This document shows, piece after piece, positions 39,237 through 51,480 of a DNA stretch of 64,000 nucleotides (positions are counted from its first letter, which is position 1; each line of letters starts with the position of its first letter). The translations under genes were made by a program, and so were the position numbers. Location: the NCBI RefSeq assembly GCF_009914755.1, contig NC_060935.1. One strand, written 5' to 3'. Under the pieces are notes generated by a model. It searched no databases, was not told the DNA's origin, and was given only the letters and a program-made list of their open reading frames with translations. The DNA is from the human T2T-CHM13v2.0 reference genome, Homo sapiens.

Positions 39237-39775
39237 TAATTTATAACATAAAATTCACTCATTTTTAAATATACAATTCAACGACTTTTAGGACATTTAT
39301 AGAGTTGAGCAGCCATCACCAAAATCTGATATTAAAACATTTATATCCTTCCCAAAAGTTCCTTTGTGCACCTTTGTGATTAATTCCTAGTACCACAACT
39401 AGCTTCAGGCAAACACTGATCTATTTTCTGTCTCTATAGACTTGTCTTTTCTGGATATTTCATACAAATGTAATCATACAATATGTAGTTTTTTTGTGAG
39501 GGGCTGCTTTAACTTACCATGGCTTTGAGATTCTTCCATGTTGTGGCATAGACCAGTAGTTTTTTATGGCTATTATTCCATTGGATAGATAGACCACATT
39601 TTGTTTATGTATTCACCAGTTCACAAACATTAAAATTATTTCAAGTTTATAGCCACTGAGAATAATGTTGTTGTGACACGCACATAAATGTCTTTATATG
39701 TGTAAAATATATGTGTAAACATATATTTCATTTCCTTTTGGTAGATAAGTAGGGGTGGAGTTTCTGGATTGTATT

Positions 39776-40132
39776 TGTAATGGACTAAATTGTGTTCTGC
39801 CAAAATGTATATGTGACTACATTTGGAGATAGCATCTTTAAAGAGTTAATTAAGGTGACACAAGGTCATAAGAGTGGGACCCTAACCCAATATGACTGGT
39901 ATCTTTATAAAAAGAGGAACAGACACTAGGAAGGCATGTGCACAGAAGAAAGGCCATGTGAGAGCACAATGAGAAGCCCAATGTCTACAATCAAAAAGGC
40001 ATCAAGAGAAGCCAAAACTGCCAACACCTTGATCTTGGACTTTCAACCTCCATTACTGTCAGAAAATTAATTTCCATTATTTAAATCTCTTTGTCTGTGG
40101 TATTGTTATGATGGCTGTAGGAAACTAATTCA
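39776..40132 (+). mobile_element. MLT1B-like solo LTR inserted in L1
   Basis: tgtaatggactaaattgtg...ccctaacccaatatgactggt...ctgccaacaccttgatcttggacttt...aaactaattca. Confidence 0.85.
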
Positions 40133-40339
40133 GTAAGTTTATGATTAACTTTTTAAGAAACCACTAAACTTTTCCAAACTGGCTGTGCCAGTTTTACATT
40201 TCCACCAATATGTGGGAGTTCCATTTTCTACACATTCTCACCATTAATAATACTGTCTTTTTTATATTATAGACATTCTAGTGAATGTGAAATGGTATGG
40301 CTTTGTAGTTTTAATTTGCATTTCCTAGTTATATGGATC

Positions 40340-40567
40340 ATCTCTCATTCTTTGTTTGCCTCCCCACCTGCATGCACCAAGGAAAAACCACATGAGGACG
40401 TGGTGAAAGGCAACCAACTGCAAGCCAGGAAGAAAGCCCTCATCAAAACCAAATTGACCAGAACCTTGATCTTGGCCTTCCAGCCTTCAGAACCATGGGA
40501 AAATAAATTTCTGTTGCTTAAGCAGGCTAAGGTGTCTTGCTGTGGTAGTTCAAGCTGACAAATATAT
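40340..40567 (+). mobile_element. MLT1A-type LTR 3' fragment
   Basis: ctgcaagccaggaagaaagccctca...ccttgatcttggccttccagccttcagaac. Confidence 0.75.
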
Positions 40568-41221
40568 AGATTAATAGAAGATAGCTAAAATTAGACTCCA
40601 CACCTGCATGTGGAATAGGCTGAGTTTGGGTTGCTAATTGGAGACTTTTTCATACCCTAAGACCCAATCAGAGTCAAGTTTTCTTGCTTTTTTATGGATT
40701 AGTTGTTTTTAGTCTCACTTACATGAAGGAGGCTACTCTAATGCTCTTCTAGCTTTACTCAGGGCCCCAAGTTTCAGCTTTAAACCACTGTTTTTCTATC
40801 CCTAAGAAATATACCCTAAGTACTAGATTATAGGGCCTATATCAGGGTTTTCTCCTTCCTATGATGTTACACGGTTAATAAAATTGCTTACCTTTTTCTT
40901 TTGAGTTCTCTCTTTTTTTTTTTCTAAAATTTGGGATTATTACTTCTTTTCCTGAGTACACCTATTCATTTGTGTGCATTTGTTGTTGCTATTGTTAACT
41001 TCTACTATAGTGGGTTTTTGAGGGGGTGAGGAGTCTGTGTTGGATATGTTATTCATGTTGCCAAAATCAGAAGTCTCTTCTTACATATTTGTGAATATAC
41101 ATTTTGTGCAAAATTAGCAATAAGTGCAATGCACCTTCCCTGGATCATTGTTGAAAATTCAATGTCTAATCCTATTATAATCAGCTTGTTTATTTCATTA
41201 AATTCAAAACCTGTAATAATT

Positions 41222-41633
41222 TCCATGAACTGAACATTTATGCTCCCGTAAAATTCATATGTTGAAATCCTAATTCTCACTGTGATGTGGTATTGGAGAT
41301 GGAGCCTTTGGAAGGTAATTAGGACATCGCAGTAAAGCTCTCATAATCAAATTAGTACCCTCATAAGAAGAGACATGAGGGGATCTTCTTTCTTTGTGTC
41401 TGTGTCTCTCTCTTTTTCTGTCTCTATCTTTCTCTTCCTCTCCTCCTGCCATGCGAGGACTCAGCAAGAAGGCCACATGCAAACTAGGAAGAGGGCTACT
41501 GAGGTTTATTAGAACCTAACCATTTTGTTACCCTGATCTTAGACTTCCCAGCCTCCAGAACTGTAAGAAATCAATTAATATTTTTAAGTCACCTAGTCTA
41601 TGATATTCTGTTATTGCTACCTAAACTGAGACA
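41222..41633 (+). mobile_element. MLT1A-type 5' LTR
   Basis: aaaattcatatgttgaaatcctaa, ccctcataagaagagacatgag, ccctgatcttagacttcccagcctccagaactgtaagaaat, ends actgagaca. Confidence 0.88.
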
Positions 41634-42660
41634 GAAATTATTACCAAGAAACAGGGTGCCACTATAACAAATACATAAAATTGTGGAAGCAGTTTTGGAA
41701 CTGGGTAATGGGTAGATGCTGGAAGAGATTGAGGTGCGTGCTAGAAAAAGCCAATATTGGGATGAAGGGAATATTAAAGATGAATCTGTTAAGTCCTCAG
41801 AAAGAAAGGAAAATAACTATAGAGAAAGGGCACATCTTGAAGAATACGCAAATAATGACGTACAGAAAGTTGGTAGAAATATGGATGATAAAGGCCATTC
41901 TAGAGAAGTCTTAGATGAAAATGAGAAACATATTATTGGACAATGAACGACAGTTGTTCTTTGTTATAAAGTTTCAAAGAACTCAGCTGAAATGTGTTTG
42001 TATTCTAGCGTTTTGTGGAGAGCAGAACCTGTGAGTGATAGAATTGGATATTTAGCTAGAGAGATTTCTAAACAAAGTGTTCAAGGAGTATCTTGGTTCC
42101 TCTTGACTCCTTATAGTGAAATGAGAGGAGAGGGAAATGAATCGCAGATGAGATTGTTAAGCAAAAAGGAACCAGAACTTAAAGATGTTGAAAATTCTCA
42201 GCCTATCTATGTTGTAAAAATGAGAAGGTATGTCCACAAGAGAACACTAAGGGGGTAACTGACCAACATTTTGATAAGTTGATAAGTGATGGTATGAACC
42301 ATGAACCTAATCAGCTATCTCAGCAGAGGCCAGGAATAGAGATGGGTTTATACAGCAAAGATACAGCCAATTTGAAGGGACAGAGAGAGTGGAATCACAG
42401 CCAATTTGAATTAAAAGGGACAGAGAGAGTGGAATAAATGGAAATAAAGGAAGACTTTCAAATTTCTTTGCTTCTACAGGACAGAATGATAAAACTATTC
42501 AGCTGTAAATTTGTACTATTCTTCAAAAAAATAAATAAAAAGAAGAAGAAAAAGAATTGCCCAAAGGCAATTCAGAGAGCATCAAGTTTTGACAGAGCAG
42601 AGCTCCAACAGAAGCCTGCCCCAGTGGGGGCAGGGATTTCTGAAGCTTCAGGGGTATGAT
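41634..42660 (+). mobile_element. MaLR internal sequence (MLT1A-int), degenerate
   Basis: Directly follows LTR; tgtggaagcagttttggaactgggtaatgggtaga, ggatatttagctagagagatttctaaacaaagtgttcaagg; explains broken ORFs at 41681-42258. Confidence 0.85.
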
Positions 42661-43449
42661 CCTTTTCTGGTAGGGAACTAAGATACCAATTTACCATCTA
42701 GCATTGTATTACTGAGGAACTCCTCTTTCTAAAGAAGCAAAAGCAAAGCAAAACTCCCTTTGAGAAGAAGCAGAATTTTTCTAAACTAATGAAAAACTTT
42801 TAAAATTAGATTTATATCAGCTCAAAGAATGTAGCAAAAGTAATTGTTCCTTTATGGAAATCACTCTTCTATTGATGTCTTCTTAGGCAATTTTTTCTGC
42901 TTCCACTGAATTGCAGTCAATTACTCCCTGGTCTCTGAGCACTGCTAATAGGTAGGGAAAAACTGAAGAATGGATATAAGGAGGAAACTGAAGTCATAAA
43001 TATGCCAACTGAATGTAAGCAGCATTAATTACAGGCACTCGTAGATGACAGAATATTAAAACTCCAAGCTGCTAGAGTTTTAACCTACATTCACTTTTGC
43101 ATTAAAATATTTCACCATGTACTTTGGCAAGATCTGTATCACCTTACTCTGAAGGTATCTAGAGTTGGAATATCAGACTTGAGAGTCCGACTCTCAACCC
43201 TCTCATATATTGTGTTCTGTTGGGAGGTTTCCATTTCTCACACAGTCTGCTCACCAAATGGCAAGAGATGGTTAAACTGATATTTTCTTAAGCTTTTACG
43301 TTCTCCTGGAAGTGGTCATTATAGATTTATATCATACTGCACTTACGGTATAAAACATATAGAACGAATGATTTGTTTCACCTAAGTCAAACTTTAGGTG
43401 GGTAGTCCTCATTGTATAAGAATTCTTGAGGATGACATAATTCAGAGGG

Positions 43450-43650
43450 TAGAGGGAGTAGAAATCACATGAGCTTGATTGATATTCAGAAAGACAAGAG
43501 CTTTGTCGTTTGTCATTGTATGAAAACGTCAGATTCCTCACCTGTAGAATTGAGATACTGTCTCCCTCACAGGATTGTCATCAGAATTAAAAAATAGAGT
43601 AAATGTATTGAGCATTGAGGCCAGCCCTAAGAGCTCAATAAATGTTAATT
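43450..43650 (+). mobile_element. MIR SINE
   Basis: ttcctcacctgtagaat...ctcacaggattgt...gagctcaataaatgtta. Confidence 0.7.
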
Positions 43651-44679
43651 TTCTCCTCAGCTTTTCTAAAATTTTGCATTAATTCACAGAATTTTACAAC
43701 TATAAAGCTGAAAAGAACTTTGGACATCTTTGTAACACTTATTACTGGTGTGGAAATAAGGTAGGAGATATTGAGTTGGTCATGTTCATATAGAAGATGG
43801 CTTAAAGCCCCACTTCTGATTCCTTCCTAATATTCAGCTAAAGACTGATGGCTTTCTGCTTTTCTTCTTGTTGTTTAATAAAAGGGTAAGTCTGTGCTAC
43901 CTCTGTGATATCAAGGAATTGTCTTTTTCTGGAGGATTTTAAAATCTATAATTTGCTGTTCATTATATTTGTTTGCCTTGTCATTATCTCCAGCCACTTG
44001 TCTGTACTTTTCCTATCTCTGTACTGTCCTTGTCATGCTGCTTGGTACTTCAAAGATAAACCTCTAACCCTCACCTCACCCCAGGTACAAAGGAAGTGCG
44101 GAAGTTAAACCTCTCCCCAACACACAGGCAGTAAAAGACCTTCTGTACTAGGGACACAAACAAAACCAACAGAAAACAACAAACAAACAACAACAACAAA
44201 AAAAAAAAAAACAGAGGAAGAGAAGACTCCACAAAAGGTTAGACTTTCCAGATTTATGGGAGAAACGGTCTTTCATTTTCTAGGAGGACGCAAGTGAGCT
44301 TTTTATCTAACGGAAGCTCAGGAAACCGAATAGCTGGAAAATGAAGATCATTAATAATTTCTTCTTTTAAGAGGTGTGATTATAAAATTAAAGAATGAGT
44401 CATTCTACTGTTTAGTCTATGAAAGTAGGAACTGGTTTTTCTTTTGTTTCTTTTTCTCCTCCCCTCCCCAGAGGAACACACAGATGATTTAAGCAGCCTT
44501 CGATTACAACATACCTAAAATAATAAAGCAATTGAAGAGGGAAAAAAATCAGCCGAAGGTGTATACCCCCTCCACGCTGGGTGACTGTGGTATATTTCAT
44601 CTTCGCATTCTAAATCAATGCTAAGCAAAGCACAGAAATGTTTACCTTTGTCTGATCTCTAATTCCCTAAATTTATGTG

Positions 44680-44941
44680 GAATCATGCACAGATGCGCTG
44701 GAAACCAGCCTGGAAAAGCCTGGCATTTTAATTGATCCCAGAGCTTCTTGCCTCACGGCTCCTGCTGTGATGAAGTCTGCTACTTGTTCCAAAGATTCTC
44801 CGCCTGGTTGCCTAGCCACGGCAGCTGGCCAATCAAGGTGTTCGTATGCAGCGAAGGAAGTAACCAATCAATTTTTTAATTTCCTTCTGTAAACGGGAGT
44901 GAATCGGGGTGGATTTGAAATCTCATTAGTCAAAAGTAAGA
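44680..44941. promoter_or_regulatory. Candidate promoter with adjacent first-exon splice donors
   Basis: 9 CpGs in ~250 bp; X-box GTTGCCTAGCCAC 44807-44819, CCAAT 44829 and 44864, GGAAGT 44856, TTTGAA 44914, donor AAA|GTAAGA at 44935/44936. Confidence 0.55.
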
Positions 44942-47056
44942 CGTGTAGTGTGCATTTTAACATATGTATTAGTTGAATACATTTGGCATTGAGTCATAAA
45001 TTCTGAAGAATATTTGAAAGCCCATTTCAGACAAGCTTGAACCTTGAACCTTGAATTACTAACTTTTTAAAAATGTTTTATATTTTTACTAGTGCACTCC
45101 ATGTATAAAATTTAAATAGACTTCTCCCCCTCCTAATTTAACACCCGCCTCCTTGAACACCAGTTTCTTATTAAAATTTCCTTTTAAAGACATTTTATTC
45201 TGTCAATTTGGCTGGATTTATCCTCTCTCATGAGCAATACTCTGGTGTAAGGCCCAGATTTCTTCCCATTTGGATGCTGAAACAGCCCCCTGATCCTAGT
45301 TCCTCCAATCCCTTCTAGAAGCCATACTCAATTGTCTTATAGCTTCTCCAATCTATCGTATAAGGCATGATCAATTGTCGTTACTTCAGTCCTCTTCTGG
45401 AAAACTTCTACTCAAATGCAGGCAGTCATGGCTTGAAGTGAGCACTTACTGATTGACATATTTCAGTAAATTGTCTGGTATCTCTGAGCCTCAGTTTCCT
45501 CATCAGTAAATATGGAAATAATTAGGTCAAAGGAGATAATGTCTGTAAAGCACTTAATCAGGGTCATCTTATATTTGTACATATAAATATAAGTATCTTC
45601 TATTGTTTCTTACTATTATTTCTTCTATTATTTCTTACTTATATTTGTATATGTATCTTCTATTATTTATATCTTCTATTATTGCTTACTATTATTTAAT
45701 GTCTCCTTTTTTGTTAATCTTTTTATTATATCTTCAAAGTTTTTTATAATCTTGCCTTGATTCCATCCATCTGTCCATTCTTATTTCTAATAATCCTTCC
45801 CATATCTCATTTCTCATCACCGTGTGTTCATCACTCTGATCAGACAGTCTCCTCATAGAGCTTCAGATTCTTCATGTTATACTGGTGTCATTCCGTAACT
45901 TCTACTGATCCTTCAGCAGATATTCAAACTCATGTATCACTTTCTAGTGGAAGATTACTTCGTTATAAGCTTTCACAAAATCATGTTAAATTACTTCCAT
46001 AGATTTTTCTCAGTTCGTAATTATACATTGCTTGTACAGCTATTTAACTAATTGATGTTACCTCCCTGACAATGCAGGGACAACTGTGAGAACAGGAACA
46101 GTACAAGTTTTTGTTTTTCACTCTATTCCTAGAGCCTAATATGTAAGTATGTTATGAATATTTGTTGAGAGAATATTGTCAAATTCTTATCTACTGAAAT
46201 GGGCTCTAATCTTGCCCCTTTTCCAGATCTGAAAAATCTTATCTTTTGAAACTCTATATTAATTCCGTTGGAGGGAATCAATATTTAAACAAACATTTAC
46301 TGAACACATTCTGCGTGCCCTATATTATAATGGGTAATATAGACGAATTATTTTCCTAAACTTCATGGAGAAATACTGGATAAATAGATAAAATTTACTT
46401 AAAGCAAGTGCTTAACTCTGTGTGTGCATGTGTGTGTGCGCACGTGTGTGTGTGTTGGTGGAGTAGGAATGAAGCAGTGTGGTCCAGTAGAAAGAAACAG
46501 GGGACTGAGAAATCTGGCCTTTGATACTCGATCCTGAACAAACTTGGGTAAATCACTTCTCCTTTCTAGGCTTCTGTTTCCTTGTCTGTAACCTCAGCAG
46601 ATTGAATCAGTATTTCTTTAAGATGCCTTCAAACTTTGTGGGTTGAAATAAAACATGTTAAGGTATTAACATATCAGCAAGATTTTTTTAAAAAATCCTT
46701 TTATTTAAGGTTTATACGGGTAAATAAATGTATTTAGTAATATATAATTAGAATATTATATTGTGCTTTTCTCTAGGATACAATAAATTAACATTTCTAG
46801 TGGTTCTACAGTGGACTTTATAACCATCACTTTTTGCACTTTTAAAATTTATACAATAAGTACAGTATTGAAAAAAGACATTGTGATAGGCCCCATGTGA
46901 GGGGGCCTCACATGAACAATGAACAATGAAAGAAGTGTGGTCTTGGTCCTTATAGAGCTCATCATTAGTGCAGGGTGCATCCATTGTACTTGCCATTTTA
47001 TACTTACTTTTTTTCTGTAGTTGAGATCTTTCACATTTCTTTATATTTTTTTCTTT

Positions 47057-47058
<2 letters not shown>

Positions 47059-47089
<31 letters not shown>

Positions 47090-47377
47090 AGACGGAGTCT
47101 TGCTCTATCGCCCAGGCTGGAGTGCAGTGGCGTGATCTCGGATCTCGCCTCACTGCAAGCTCCGCCTCTCGGGTTCACGCCATTCTCCTACTTCAGCCTC
47201 CCGAGTAGCTGCGACTACAGGCGCCCGCCACCATGCCCGGCTAAATTTTTTGTATTTTTAGTAGAGACGGGGTTTCACCATGTTAGCCAGGATGGTCTCG
47301 ATCTCCTGACCTCATGATCCGCCCACCTTGGCCTCCCAAAGTGCAGGGATTATAGGCTTGAGCCACTGCGCCCGGCC
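47059..47377 (-). mobile_element. AluY with private 7-bp duplication
   Basis: gcaagctccgcc, ttcacgccattctc, gttagccaggatggtctcgatc; gatctcg repeated at 47134-47147; T30 tail. Confidence 0.95.
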
Positions 47378-47619
47378 TAATATATCATTATTTACATGTG
47401 CTTCTTATTCTTGGTTGTTACTTATGTGCAAGTATTCTATTCTCATCAAAATTATAAATTTTTGGAGGTTGCATTGTGTGTGTGGGAATGATCCTAAATC
47501 ACAAAATTTCATGCCAATTTTAGTTTTTAAATATTCTGTTTTGTTACTATGAATGTACATGAAAATTGTCAATGTATAGCGATATTTATTTGGAAATTGT
47601 TGTTGCTTTATATGCAATT

Positions 47620-47850
47620 AATGGCTAACACACATGGAATGGCTGTTATGCACCAGCATTTGCCATGATTATTTTAACTAATCCTCACAACTGTCTATGT
47701 GATACTGTTATCATTCCCATTTTATGAATGGAGAAACTGAGGCCAAGAGTTGTTAAAACACTGGCCCAAAATATTGTTCAATGTATATGTGGGACTTCAA
47801 GTCAGGCTCTCTGGCTACTAAAGGCATGCCTTTTCCATGTTATGCATTTT
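47620..47850 (-). mobile_element. MIR SINE
   Basis: taatcctcacaac...cccattttatgaatggagaaactgaggcc. Confidence 0.8.
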
Positions 47851-48024
47851 CATATACTCATGTTTCCTTCACATTACTGAGAAAAATACAATTGCTCTGG
47901 TAACATAATAAATTCTTAATAAATTTTTATTGAATCATATTTTTAGTAAAATCATGAAATTCGTTTTGGAGCCATATAAATCTTTGTTTCTTTGTTCTTT
48001 TCTGTTTTCTAATAAATCCTACTA

Positions 48025-48027
<3 letters not shown>

Positions 48028-48058
<31 letters not shown>

Positions 48059-48281
48059 AGGCAAGATCTCATTCTGTTATCCAGGTTGGAGTGCAGTGGC
48101 AAGGTCACAGCTCATGCAGCCTCAACCTCCCAGGCTCAAGCAATCCTCTTACCTCAGCCTCCCTTGTAGCTGGGACTACAGATGTGCACCACCATGAGTG
48201 GCTAATTTCCTTCCTTCCTTTCCTCCCTTCCTCCCTCCCTCCCTCCCTCCCTCCCTCCCTCCCTCCCTCCCTCCCTCCCTC

Positions 48282-48353
<72 letters not shown>

Positions 48354-48645
48354 TTTTGATACAGGGTCTTGCTCTGTCAGTCAGGCTCGGGTGCAGTGGC
48401 GTGATCATCACTCACTGCAGCCTCCACCTGATGGGTTCAAGCAATCTTTCTGATTGCTCAGCCTCTCGAGTAGCTGGGACTACAAGCATGCACCTCCACA
48501 CCTGGCTAATTTTATTATTACTACTTGTAGAGATGGGGGTCTCCCTGTGTCACTCAGGCCGTCTTGAACTCCTGGGTTCAAGCGATCCTCCCGTGTCGGA
48601 CTCTTAAAGTGTTAGGCTTAACAGGCTTGAGCCACCGCACTGGGC
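48028..48645 (-). mobile_element. Compound AluJ: full AluJ (48358-48645) plus extra right-arm monomer (48028-48207) separated by a microsatellite
   Basis: J-type gcagcctcaacctcccaggctcaagcaatcctc and gaactcctgggttcaagcgatcctccc. Confidence 0.88.
48206..48357. repeat. Compound pyrimidine microsatellite (CCTT)(CCCT)n(CT)n(CTTT)n
   Basis: 152 nt containing only C and T. Confidence 0.97.
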
Positions 48646-49099
48646 ATTGATAAGCCCTATTAGATTCAATAGAATTATCTAGGGGAGAGAAAACAGTGAG
48701 AACAGAAAGAAAAAATATCTGGAGCTATTTTATGCCAACTTGTGAATTTACATGATTTTAAGTGTTTGGAGATTTTTCTAAAGACATGTATTTTCAAAGC
48801 ACCAAATTTTGTACTTTGGTTGCATGATATTATACGATCTTCAAAACAACCCTATGAAGTAGGTGCTATAATCATTCCCTTTTTAGGGGTAAGGAAATTA
48901 AGGCTTTGCAAGATTAAGACACTTGCCTAAATATTTACTCTGGGTTAAAATACCAACTTGCCTTTACCCACATCATAGTAAATAGTAAGACAACTTACTT
49001 GCTCCTTTCTCCTCTCATTTTCTTTCCCTCTTTCCTTACTGAATTTGCAGTCTACCAAAATATGTGACTTACTGATGTTCTATTATTATTCCTTGCTAC

Positions 49100-49500
49100 A
49101 AGGAATAATAGTAATAATGGTAACATTTAACACTTAATAGTAATTTAACATTTAATAGTAATAACAATTAATAGTAATAGTAATAACTATTAATAACATT
49201 AATAGTAATAGTAATAGTTAAACATTTATTAGGTATTAGTAATAGTAATAAACATTTGGTAGTAATTTAATATTTAATAGTAATAATGATAACATTTAAC
49301 ATTTAACACTTACTATATGTCAGGCATTGTTCTAAGCAATTTACATGTATTAATTTAATCTGTATAAAATTCCTGTATGGTAGCTACTATTGTTGTGTCC
49401 CTTAATTGAGATAATGCATGAAATGTGTTAGGCATATCTTCTAGTATAAAGGAGAGTGTAGTGTAGAGGTTCAATTAATACTAACTACTATTATTAATTT
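49100..49500. mobile_element. MIR fragments with expanded AT-rich (taatag)-like tail
   Basis: cacttactatatgtcaggcattgttctaagca preceded by ~200 bp of degenerate aatagtaat repeats. Confidence 0.65.
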
Positions 49501-49571
49501 TGTCTGCACTTACATTTGGGACACACACAGTTTTACATATGTTAATCTTTTACGCATTAACGTGAGGGCTT

Positions 49572-49575
<4 letters not shown>

Positions 49576-49602
<27 letters not shown>
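49576..49602. repeat. (TG)n microsatellite
   Basis: Direct reading. Confidence 0.95.
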
Positions 49603-49869
49603 CTGTCTATAATTGCTATGCAATCACAGAGTCTTAGACAAAAAGGGGAATATATAAACCAACATTCCAACAAATAGAGTAATTCATTTTCCAGCTTCTT
49701 TGACAGTTTTATTCTGTCATGTTCTTCTGACCTCTTACTGAATTCTGCTTAATGAGTTCACTGAGTTTTGAAGACATTTATTCTTTTGATAGCTCTATTT
49801 TTTAGAAAGTCTTGTTTCGTATTGAGTTGAAATTAACCTTCCTGGGATGGTACCTGATTGTACAGAAAA

Positions 49870-50105
49870 ACAATGTACCCTTGAACATTGAAATCAACTG
49901 GGTCTGGCCTTCAATCCTGACTCTATCATTTGCTAGCTGTGGCTCTAACTTAAGTTACTTAAGTTACTCAGTATCTCAGTACCTCATTTTCTCTTTCTGT
50001 AAAAGGAAGATCATAATCCCTATTGCAGAGGGTTATTGTGGTGACTCATTGAAACACGTTTCCATTATTAAGTAGTGCACTCACAGGGTGCTTTGTACCA
50101 ATTTA
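49870..50105 (+). mobile_element. MIR SINE
   Basis: ttcaatcctgactctatcatttgctagctgtg...aagttacttaa...tctgtaaaa...gcagagggttattgtg. Confidence 0.75.
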
Positions 50106-50719
50106 CTCTGCCCCCGTAATTTCACATCTGGCAGGCCATGCCCTCCCCTCTGCACCACGCTAAGCTAGCAAGAGGCATCTTAGTTCAAGTATATGGAGAA
50201 CAGGGACTAAGGTGCCTGCCAAGGAAATGTGGACTGGCTTCATTAACTGCTATTACATCCAGTTTGCCACATTACTCACAGGCTGGTACTGCACGGTATC
50301 AAAGAGCAGAAACCCTTGCAGAAGTATTGACCTTACCTCCAAATGGCTACCGGGGTTTTGTTCAGGCATAAATCAAATCTGGAAAGAGGTTCCCTAGAGA
50401 ACTCAGCTACCAGCTATGCAGCAGCAAGTCACTGGGGTAAAGAAAGCATGGGAGCAAGCTATTAGTTATTATGGACTGCGAGACTGAACAGCTCACAATG
50501 TCAGGGATGGTTTGGGGGTGGGTAAAACTGGGCAAAAGTCAATCCTTTCAGCCCCATGATGGAAATAATATTTCTAAATAATAGCATAGGAGTTATTCAA
50601 TATATTTTTTTATTTTTGGCCATATAAATGCATGCATGGTTGCATGAATAAATAAATGGCTAGGGGATGCATAAAGGTCATTCAAAGGTGCATATTCACC
50701 ATCTAGTTTTCACATCATC

Positions 50720-51480
50720 TATTCATTTATTTACCAGATTTGTTATATGCTAAGGACTATGGTAGGTGCTAGAAATTTCAACATTAATGTGATACAAAGG
50801 CTCTCAAATAATTGTTAATCTAGTAGGAAAGGATGTGAATATCTAATTATGAAATAATATGGTTAGTGTAGTAACATTATAGTGGGAACTCTATTGAAGG
50901 AAAACAAAATTATTTCTGCTGGAGGTTGGGGAACAGAAATGAAACAAGGATTCTCATTGAACGATACGTTTGAATTGAATCGTAAGGAATGAGTAGTTTT
51001 ACAAGTGAGAAGAGGAGGATAAGAAGTACATTTTGGCCTAGCACAGTGGCTCACACCTGTAATCCCAGCACTTTAGGAGGCTGAGGCAGGTGGATCACCT
51101 GAGGTTAGGAGTTCAAAACCAGCCTGACCAATATGATGAAACTCCATATCTACTAAAAACACAAAAATTAGCCGGGTGTGGTGGCGGGCGTCTGTAATCC
51201 CAGCTATTCTGGAGGCTGAGGCGGGAAAATTGCTTGACCCAGGCAGTAGAGGTTGCAGTGAGCCAAGATCATGCCAGTGCACTCCAGCCTGGGCAACAAA
51301 GTGAGATTCTGTCTCAAAAAAAAAAAAAACCAGAAAAAAGTACATTTCAGGCAGAAGGAATAGCATTTATGTTTATAAGCCATTTTGGGAAAGAGTAAAC
51401 AATCTAGGATAAATAGAATGCAGCAAGAGAAAGCTGTAGGACCTGAAGCTTAAAAGGAAGGTTGAAAGAAGACTTGGATG
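50720..51480 (-). mobile_element. L2 remnant hosting an Alu
   Basis: tatatgctaaggactatggtaggtgctaga; tttgaattgaatcgtaaggaatgagtag; catttcaggcagaaggaatagcat. Confidence 0.65.
51035..51337 (+). mobile_element. AluS (Sx/Sq-type)
   Basis: Full dimer with poly(A); TSD aagtacattt (51024-51033, 51338-51347). Confidence 0.95.

Noticed and set aside
41681-42258. Functional gag-like ORF
   Set aside because: Split across frames by stops and frameshifts; ordinary decayed MaLR internal sequence
44673-44892. Coding exon (overlapping 64-aa and 71-aa ORFs)
   Set aside because: Non-ATG starts, stops before the donors, no recognisable homology; better explained by GC-richer regulatory DNA
45570-45700. Structured repeat (tatcttctatt units)
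   Set aside because: Low-complexity slippage at a MIR tail
47134-47147. AluYb8 assignment from the 7-bp duplication
   Set aside because: The Yb8 duplication has a different sequence and position, and other Yb8 diagnostics are absent
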